This document shows positions 54,796 to 64,000 of a stretch of DNA of 64,000 nt, one piece after another. This DNA is from the human T2T-CHM13v2.0 reference genome, Homo sapiens. Positions within the stretch are counted from its first letter, which is position 1. Every line of letters starts with the position of its first letter. Both the position numbers and the translations under genes were made by a program. Location of the stretch: the NCBI RefSeq assembly GCF_009914755.1, contig NC_060927.1; one strand, given 5' to 3'. The notes beneath the pieces were generated by a model, which was not told the origin of the DNA, made no database searches, and was given only the letters and a program-made list of their open reading frames with translations.

Positions 54796-57016
54796 TGACC
54801 ACACTTTTTTTTTTTTTTAAAAACAGCAAAGCCCTTTTCTTTCTGAGCAGTGATTTTGAAAATTACTAAAATTCTTATGTAAAAAATTTCTAAAACAAAA
54901 ATTTCCATAAGAATATCATCAAAATATTATTCTTTGCACTGTATACCATTCCTCTATCAACTAGGTATCCAGTCATATATTTTGGATTTGAATTTATCTT
55001 ATGGGAGCTGGATGGTACATATATTGGCAACACAATCTTCCAGATCTAGTTAACTTCTTAAATGCCGTTGGCTTCACAGTGCTTCAGTCAGGAAAAAAAT
55101 GAATAATGTCATCCCCTGGGAATGTAAGGAAAGAGTCCTATTGAGGATATTGGTGGAGCTGTTCGGCTTCTTCAGAGGAAAGACTCTATACTCATTGTGG
55201 TGGCTGCTTTTCTCCAAGCTTGTGATTTGAGAGGTTGACCTAGCAACAATCTGAATAGCAAAGCATGTTTTTTCTTGGTGCCCATTTTCCTGCAAAAGCA
55301 TATTTTTGATTGGACTGCAGTCGAAAGCATAATTAAATGTTACAGAGACTCTCAGAACTTTAAACCATTCTCTTTTTCCCTTTTAATTTGACAACACAAA
55401 CAAGTCTAATGTTTCATTTTTCTGGCTCCAGATGTCCATTGTGAATGTAAATGATGAGCCAGTAGAGCTGATGCTTCCACAGAACTGATATTCAGAGTAA
55501 AAATGAATCGTTGCACATCCTGCAGGTGCCTCTGCTGAGGGAATCTTTTCACTCCGAAGACATTTAAGAGATAGAATATGCAGCTGGTCAAAGAAAGCCT
55601 TTAGGCTATTTCAAAGTTTCTATACAAAATAAAATGCCTCATAAAGTTTGCTTGAAAGTGAAATTTTATAAAATACGGTTATATACACTCCTTCATTTTT
55701 ATTCCAATAATTCCAAGCTTTCTTTTTAAGGCTGAAAATACTATTTTTAAGAATCAAATAAACACCAATATTTGGAGTTCTGATAGAGAGAAGAACTTCA
55801 CATTTGGCTTGCATTTGGCACTTAATTTGGAGGTTGTATTCAAGTTAACAACAACAACAGCAAAAATACAATGATTCTTCTATATTGTCAATAATTACTG
55901 CTCGCAGCTTGATTATTTTGCAATTATCAAGATATCGGATGCCACACATATGTGTCAAAGCCTTTCAAAGGACATCTAATGAGAACCATAGATGAAGATG
56001 GTATTGATGTCTGACTGGGGAGAGAGCTGTTCATGTACTTAGCCTTTGAACTACAACTCACCATCTAATTTTCTCAATCAAGGTCTGAGACTTGAAAGAA
56101 TCTATGGAAGAATCTAGATCATCTACTGAAGTACTTATGACTTCAGAATTTAGAGTCAGAAAACATATCCTGAGCATGTTCCCTCTCCTGCTTCTCAGAA
56201 GCCCTGAACCATTAGACTGCATGAGTCTGCCCACTTTCTCCTGTGATGATTCAACTGGGTTCCTCTTCCCTCAAAGATCCCTGCATTCTAAAACAATTTT
56301 TCTGCCTTCCTAACACTCTGCTAAAAAACCGATTCTTTTAGCACAGCTGACCACAGCAAGAAGAAAGCAAGCAGATGGAGTTAATTCATACTAAGATGAA
56401 AAAGTCTGCTAGCCTCCACAGGGTATTTGCCTCATAAAAAAGATTGCTTGAGAAGTTAAGTTTATCTCTAACTTGCAGAACCTAAGAAATGAAGTAAAGC
56501 TTCTCAACTGTGGGGAAGAAATGTGATCTCCTGTATTTTTTGGTCAGTATTTGGGTTATAAGACATGAGAAAAGAGATACACAAAGTCATCTCATGCTGA
56601 CCAAAACAAAAACAAAACAAAACAAAAAACAATGTAGATTGAACTATGATTGAATGATTAATGCATCAAAGGAAAAAAGTATCAATCAGACATTGGTCAT
56701 TCACTCTTGGCCATATTGAAAAGGGTATAGAGGCACACTTTGGAAAAGTCTATCTTAACATAGTTCAGAGAAGAGAGTCTTAGATTACAGTAAACTGGCA
56801 AGAAGATGCTATATGAAGACATCTATTTTACATTACATGTTTCATTCACTTAATTAATGTTCGGTTCTGTTTCTAAGTTTTTTAAGCAAACTTCTGGTTA
56901 TTATTTCATTCTCAGTTAGTTCTGTCTACAGAGAAGTATGCTTGTCACATGGGCTTGAAGAATTTGAGACCCATACTAGCTATCTTTTAACTAGCTTTTT
57001 TTTTTTTTTCTTTTAA

Positions 57017-57620
57017 CAGTCAGGGTAGGATCAGAGAAGCAGAACCACTAAGATTTTTTTATACAGATTGTACCTTATGCAATCATGGGAGATGGTTAAT
57101 CAGCCTCTGCAAGGCTGTTGCCTTTGCATCTTTTCTGGAGCTTAAAGTCTGCAGGACTTTCAAGAAAAGAAGACAGATTTGGAGTGGGGAGAGAAAGGAA
57201 AACTGTAACCCATTGGCTCAAGCTGCAGTCCAAGAGGATGGATTGAAACCCTGGTCTCACTCTGCCTCCAACTTCAATGGTGCTGGTGGCCTGCAGGAGA
57301 AATTGATGCCCTTTGTCATAGAGCTTAACACACACATGGGCCAAGAAGACAGAGAACCTGAAGGACAACTGAGGGTAGGTTGGAGCAGCTGCAGGGCTAG
57401 GTGTTGCCCCATGTTAATCCAGTGTCAGCTGAGGTGTCAATGAGCATGGGTTGGTAGAGTGCCTGGTGCCCCTGTACCAGCCTGAGGATGAAAACAATAT
57501 GGCCACTGCTTCAGTCTAACTTGCAAAACTTATGCAAAAGGGCTCTCCTGGACCACTGGGAAGTTAATTATGGGAAATGTAGTTCTAAGTTAGCTAAATT
57601 GCTATGGTTCAAATCCTTTG
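57017..57620 (-). mobile_element. ERVL LTR (MLT2/LTR50-like)
   Basis: 'agtcagggt...cagagaagcagaaccactaag...ccttatgcaatcatgggag...tgggaaatgtagttc'. Confidence 0.6.
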
Positions 57621-60188
57621 CATAAAAAACACATTGCTATCCAACGTGTTATCCAATTCTGGATTTACAAATTCCTTTTATAAACTTGCTAATAAGAATT
57701 TAGCCCTGAAAGATGGATTTACTCTTGATGTCCTGACAAAATAAGGGACGTGGCTGAGGGCCAGAGCCTGGAGAGAAGTTTATCCTACAAAGCTAATGAG
57801 TGACACCCTGTCTGTGTGCTCTCTTATCCCACAGCCTACTTCATCCCCTTGGGCATTGCCCAAGCAATCTCTCATCATTCTTCTAGCATTGGCCTGGTAA
57901 TACTCTCTTTCTTTTAGAATTTCAATACTTGGAATGTCTCAAATTGCCATCTCAGAGGTTACCATGGGCAGTGATTTTTCTTTTTCTTTCTGGTGTCCAG
58001 AAGCAGAAAGTGAAAATAACAGTTTTTCTGTCTCTACCTTTCCATTCTGCTCTGCTAATTATCAAAACAGTTCTTCCATCATTTACCCTTATACTTCTTT
58101 TTCTATCAAACTTCTATAGTAAGCCAAATATCCAAAAATTGTGTACAGATATAGCTGTAGAAACACTTTGCTAGATATATTGACATAGATGATCTTACTA
58201 GTGTCACGCAGCACTCTCTCAATCTCATATGAGGACATTGGTTTCATCTTCTAAAGCTTCTAGACTTGGTACTCTTGTAAGAAAATTCAGGTTTAACCTA
58301 AATGTAATAGGTTGAACTTGATTGTATTGACAGGTTGATATTATACCCCATTCAGTGATTTCAAGCAGAGCATGGGATCGGGTGGAAGAGGGAAAAGAGT
58401 GTTGAACCAATACTAATCCCTCATTACCTTTTACAAATCCTCTTTTCCAGAACTAGATTATTTAGAAAAAATGTGAATAACAATGTATTAGGCTAGAAAT
58501 TCTTCCACATTCTCCAGCTTTCTTCCTCTTGTGGTCTTCAGTAAGCTATTAAACTTAACAAAATGCTAGAAGGAAAATACTAGTAAAACAGCTTACTTTT
58601 AAAAGGATGAATTGCATTGATGTAGGAGTTATTTTTCCCTTGTACGCAATGATTTTGGCCCATAATTGCCCAAAATTTCTGAAGCTACGTTATCTTGTCA
58701 AATGTAGTCTACTTCAGCATTACCTGACACCTCAAGTGTTCTAACACCAGACTGTCAATGACGTCGGGTGAAGGACCATTGCCAGGGAAGATAACTTGAA
58801 GTATTGGTGAGAAGCGGGTGTCAGGAAGAGGAATGAGCAGTCCATAAGCTAGACACAGCTGCTGGAGAAAGAACTCCACCTCTTGCAAGTGTGTAAGAGA
58901 TGTGCAAAGAGAGAAGGCAGGGCAAGGCAATTAGGTGGAAGCCCCAATGCAAAGGGCCAAAGATGACTTTTATTCTGAGCTGCCCCTTTGCTTTAGCCAG
59001 GAAAAGCTAAAGCTTACTGATTAACTCAGAAACTTCTCCAGGGTGGCTAGACTGGAGCATGTGGGTGGAATTAAATAGAGGATTTCTGGGCAAAATGAAA
59101 GTGGGGAGGAAAAATGAAAGGACAGCTGTTGATAGGAAACTATAATACTAACATAGACTCAGACTTCTGGAAAGAGGAGTTAGAAGAATGCAGTGTGAAT
59201 CAATCAGTGACAACTACCAAATCAGGTAAAGGTGCTTCCATTTTTTCCAAATTTTTATGTAGCATTGACGGTCTCTTTAAGGACCCCCCTCCCCTTCCCA
59301 CCTAGCCTCAGGTTTCTGGGAGTTGGCATCAGGACAGCCAAATCATAAAGAATGGGATTTGGGGGAGAGCAAATCATTGAAAAGCTTGCTTGCTTATTAG
59401 GCAATAAATTATGTCCTGGGATTGATGCCAGGGTGGTTTTGGAAGGGCCAATACATATTGACCTCTGAAAAAATGGATTTGTTATTGAACATCTTTGTAT
59501 GAAATCTTAACCAATGATGGGCATGTCACAGCACCATGGTTAGGCAGCTCCTGTGCACAGTTGCAACAAGGTTGGGAGGTTGGATTCTGCTGACATCTGT
59601 CTGGCAGAGACACCGCTGTTTGGAACCTCCTGCTAATCAGAAGCTTGTCCAGACCATTTCTTGCTATAGTAGATCATCCTCTACTGAATTGTAATGCAGA
59701 TTGGGGGGGAAAGCTGCTGAAATGTAAAAGGCACTGTCAAATGTAGTGGCAGTTGTCTACCCTGTGAGTGTTTCTAAAACTGAATATGAATTTTTGAATC
59801 AAATATTGTGTTGCAATCAGAGAGATAACTGTTGAGTTGAATGGGAAATGTGCCTCTGTTCCTGGTAAATAGGCACAGACCAAGAATATTTACCTTACTT
59901 TGTTGAAAAAAAAAAAAGATTAAATGGTAACTATCTGTATTTGATAAAATGCTTAATTAGTGCCTATGATTAGGTGAGTTAGAAAAACCCCAAGCAAGTG
60001 GTTACATAAAGGCAAAACCCATTAGTTAAAAATGAATTGGTCAATATTAATAAATATCTGTAGAAGATATTTATTAACAATAAATATCTCATTTAATTAA
60101 CAACATTTTGACAGAGATATGATCTCTTCATTTTACAAAAGAGGAAAAGCAGAACCATCTCATGAACACAGTGACTGTCTCGCGAACA

Positions 60189-60390
60189 CAGTGGTTCTCA
60201 ACCGTAGGTGATTTTGTCCTCCAGGAGACATTTGCAGTGTTTGGACACATGTCTGGTTGTCATAGCTGGAGAAGGGGGTGCTACTTGCATTTGGTGGGTA
60301 GAGGTCAGGGATGCTGCTAAACACACACGGCCCCCACAACAATAAATTACCCAGACCAAAATGTCAACATTGCCAAAGGTGAAAACCCTT
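60189..60390 (+). mobile_element. MER20 hAT-Charlie element, apparently inserted in a MIR
   Basis: 'cagtggttctcaacc...gattttg..ccaggagacattt...gggtagaggtcagggatgctgctaaac...ccaaaatgtcaa'. Confidence 0.85.
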
Positions 60391-60670
60391 ACAGTAGGGT
60401 AGCACTATTACATGGTAGTAACAGGACTAGAACGCAGATTGTGTGGTCCTCAAATGTGCTTATTACAATATGTCACACTTCTCTCCCTACATCAGGCTTT
60501 AGAACAGGAAAAGCATTTGCAACAACAGGAAAACATTAGTTTTATGTTTTATTTTTTTGATTTCATATGCCATCTAGTGCAGAAAATGTTGAAACTCGCT
60601 GTGAAACCTGGGGAGCCAGCACATCCCGTGGGGTATACAAAGGGGATATGTATAGAAGTCTATGAAAGGT

Positions 60671-60963
60671 GGCCAGGTGAGTTGGCTCACGCCTGTAATC
60701 CCAGCAATTTGGGAGGCCGAGATGGGTGGATCACCTGAGGTCAGGGGTCCGAGACCAGCTTGGCCAACATGGTGAAACCCCGTCTCTACCAAAAATATAA
60801 AAAATTAGCCAGGCATGGAGACAGGTGCCTGTAATCCCAGCTACTCAGGAGGCTGAGGCAGGAGAATCGCTTGAACCCGGGAGGCACAGGTTGCAATGAG
60901 CTGAGATAGCACAACCGCACTACAGCTTGAGCGACAGAGCAAGACTCCATCTCCTAAATAAAT
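60671..60963 (+). mobile_element. AluS SINE
   Basis: Full dimer; decayed TSD around TCTATGAAA on both sides. Confidence 0.95.
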
Positions 60964-62014
60964 AAGAATCTATGAAAAGCACCTGCCTCTGTGTCTTCTA
61001 GTGGGCCCAGATTTGCTGCTGGCCAGCAGGTCCACCTGATGGGAAAGTGAACTCGATATGAGCAGGGAGAGCAAGCTGGAACCATCAGCACTTGCATTTC
61101 TGCGTCTCACCTCATCCAACCAAGACGACCCTCAGAGAGTTAATGACTGCTGCTTCACCCCACCTTCCATGTCTCCGACAAATTCTGCTTTGGACCATCT
61201 CTAATCAACATCATACAGGGAAAAAGCAACTTGAATATCATATAGTTTACTTATTTAATATGTTGTCAGATATTGTGTTATAGAAAATAGGCACCTCCCA
61301 GGTGAGAAATCTGCCTGGATATTGATTGATATTTATTCAATCATAAGTCCAAACCATTGAGAATAGTGACTGGCACAACAGTATGTGCCCTGTAACTATT
61401 AGTTGAAAAAAAAAGGAAGAAAAAAAAGAAGGAATTTAGAAAGGAAGAATTGAGTAAGAAGATATATTTGTTTCTCTAAGTCCTAAAATTCAGGACCTTT
61501 GGAAATTGCCTTAACTTTGCAAATGTACTGGAAGTGCATTTTTGTGCATAGAAAACACAGTAGATTGCATTTTAATAACTTGAGGAAATTCCATCTGCTT
61601 TCAGATGTTTCTGTTTTTATGCAGAGACTAATGGTAAATTCAGTGGAACTCACTTTGACATTAATGAGGACTTGCAATGTGTCAAGCATTGAGCTGGATT
61701 TGTAGATATTTAAAAGTGTAAAAGCATCTTTCAAATTAGAGTTGTTCTTTTATCTATAGGTGGTTGCTATTGGTGTGATTTGTTGACAACTGAAATTTCT
61801 TGCCAGGTGAAATTTTCCACCAATTTCTTGCCTCAGAAATTTTTATCACTAGAGGTTGATTCCTTAAGGTCATTTTAATAGCTTTCAGTTTAAAATGTAA
61901 ATACACACTATTCTCATATATCCATGAACATTTAAAGGCAATTAGTTTATTATATGTATTCAGTTGGGAAGGAGTCTGGGAGGGAATAGGCCAAATGAAA
62001 GGTAGGTTTAAAAG

Positions 62015-62200
62015 GCGAAACGGGAAAGGGAAACGGAAAGGGAGGAGATCAGAGCGGGTGGCTCTTCTGGCAGGCGGTTAATGGTGGAAGAATGGAATGG
62101 GCTCCGTGTCTTCATGGAAGGACTGAATACCATCACTAGCAGGGTGTCCTGAGATTTCACCACTGGCTTTTCTCTGGCCTGACTCCATCACTTCGGGGAA
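62015..62200 (+). promoter_or_regulatory. Candidate interferon-responsive element (ISRE/IRF array plus GAS)
   Basis: GAAACGGGAAAGGGAAACGGAAAG at 62017-62040; TTCGGGGAA at 62192-62200; 7 CpGs in about 180 bp. Confidence 0.55.
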
Positions 62201-62277
62201 AAATGAGGTTCAGCACATTCTTATATGAAAGCTATATAATCTTATAGAAATATATTTTAGCATTCATTCATTCAGAA

Positions 62278-62619
62278 AAGTGGATCTTAAAGTGGTCTGT
62301 AGACTCCTAGGGGTCCTTAAAACACTTTCAGGGAGTTCGCAAGACCAAAATTATCATTCTAACAACATTAGAGCATTAGTTGCCTTTTTCACCCTCATTC
62401 TCACACCAGGCCACAGTAGAGATTTCCAGAGGCTACATGGTATGCGATGATATCATTACTCAGACAGCTAATGGAATGTGTGTTTGTGCATTCAGGTATT
62501 TTAATAACTTCTCACTTTTAATTTTGAAGAGATATACCCCACATAAATAAAATCTCTTTTAGTTTTCAATAATTAAGAATGTGAAGTGACTCTGGAACCA
62601 AAAAAATTGAGAACTGTTA
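62278..62619 (+). mobile_element. Internally deleted Charlie1-type hAT DNA transposon
   Basis: Charlie1-like 5' part ('ctttcaggg...ttgcctttttcac..tcattctc...ttccagaggctacatg') joined to the 3' part ('cccacataaa...ccaaaaaaattgagaac'). Confidence 0.75.
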
Positions 62620-63747
62620 ATTTTGGACAGCTGCTTCTAAAACTGGTTGGAATAGCTCTAAGATGAGTTTCCTGGGGACTTTTTGTTTTCATTTCTGCTA
62701 GCTTCCCTTTCTTTATTTCAGAACTCATAGGATTAGATCTCACTGGAAAAGGAAGGGAACATCTTGTTAGACTATTTTATATCATTTAAAGACTTTTAAA
62801 TATAAAATCAAATGAGAGGAAATGGATTTTTCCATGGCAGAATCAGCCTTTTACAACATTAATCTTCTGCATCTTTAATTAGTTTATGCTACAGAAGAGG
62901 ATGAGGAACTAGCTAACAGGCAATATATATTTACTTCTAATTTATAGGAAGGTTACAAGAATCCCAATCTTCCAACCAATCAAGGGCAGAATGATTCCCC
63001 TATCTCTTGTTAAGAGTTGTGCAAATTCTACAAAGCTGTGGAGATCCCTGTAGTTGAGTCTATGAACTCCAGAAAAAATAGTGATAGCCAGGAAAAGTAA
63101 TTCAAAATGACCCAACTTTAAGATGTCACTGCTAAAAACTCTATATCCTGAATTATACTCCTGTTCACAATAAAAAGATCAACAAATACTGAGCAATCAT
63201 TCCAATAATACGTACACACAGACTTATCTCTATTTGGAAAGACCCACACAATTGAATTTTATGAATTAGAAAGGTAATTAAGACTCTCAGCCTATAGTTT
63301 TTGAACAATTTAGATAATAGGTCTCTCTTCTCCTTGGGAGTAACTGGTAACTGGGACCTTTCATAGATGAGAGGGCAATAATTTATTTAGGTCACTTCGG
63401 AAAGAGGTGTCTGCACAATAAATTTGCACCATAATTGTGGAAATAGTTAATGCCCACCTCTAAGAAGTGGACTCATTTTTTAACCCTCTATTCTATCTGC
63501 ATGGAACATGGAAGGCCTGCTCTATGCAATGGTAGCTTTGAATTTAATTTTTGGCCAATTTCTCACTTTTTTTAAAAAAAGGGAAAATTGAAAATACGTG
63601 ATTATGTTATTGAATATTTGAAATGTATATTTATTTTTAAGTAACAAAAGTGAAAATGTGATGTGAAATAGGAAAAGATGCCTTTCCTTTCCTTTTGTTC
63701 TTGGGACCCGGAATTCAAAAAAGGTAATCAGATTCCTAAGTCCTTGA

Positions 63748-64000
<253 letters not shown>

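Noticed and set aside
55432-55488. Splice-acceptor-like site followed by MSIVNVNDEP, resembling a cadherin linker
   Set aside because: All three frames stop within 19 codons and there is no other cadherin sequence.
56983-57019. TCTTTTAAC on both sides of a T run, as a second poly(A)-only insertion
   Set aside because: The match is only 9 bp, is T-rich and overlaps an LTR edge; too weak.
60278-60300. MER20-borne CTCF-like site
   Set aside because: Several substitutions in the core ('ttgcatttggtgg').

Overview
This is primate (very probably human or great-ape) genomic DNA: AT-rich, CpG-depleted and intergenic or deep-intronic. I can support no host protein-coding gene, RNA gene or CpG island. 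About half the window is interspersed repeats: 10 Alus plus a FLAM, L1 fragments from L1ME to L1PA2, a long HAL1, many MaLR/ERV1/ERVL solo LTRs, hAT DNA transposon relics, and MIR/L2. The only long ORFs are L1 ORF2 remnants; the rest are Alu or chance ORFs. The main structure is a 6.15-kb minus-strand L1 (27650-33803, 17-bp TSD) carrying a nested AluY and a nested L1PA2. I see no convincing novel multi-gene system. The best leads are regulatory or mechanistic: a CpG-retaining ISG15-like ISRE next to an IRF1-like GAS (about 62.0-62.2 kb), two CTCF-type motifs, a GATA/FOX-dense unique block with a possible non-coding exon, a poly(A)-only insertion with TSDs, a template-switch-like triple inverted repeat, and microhomology deletions. 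Repeat subfamily names come from recalled consensus sequences and need RepeatMasker/Dfam confirmation.
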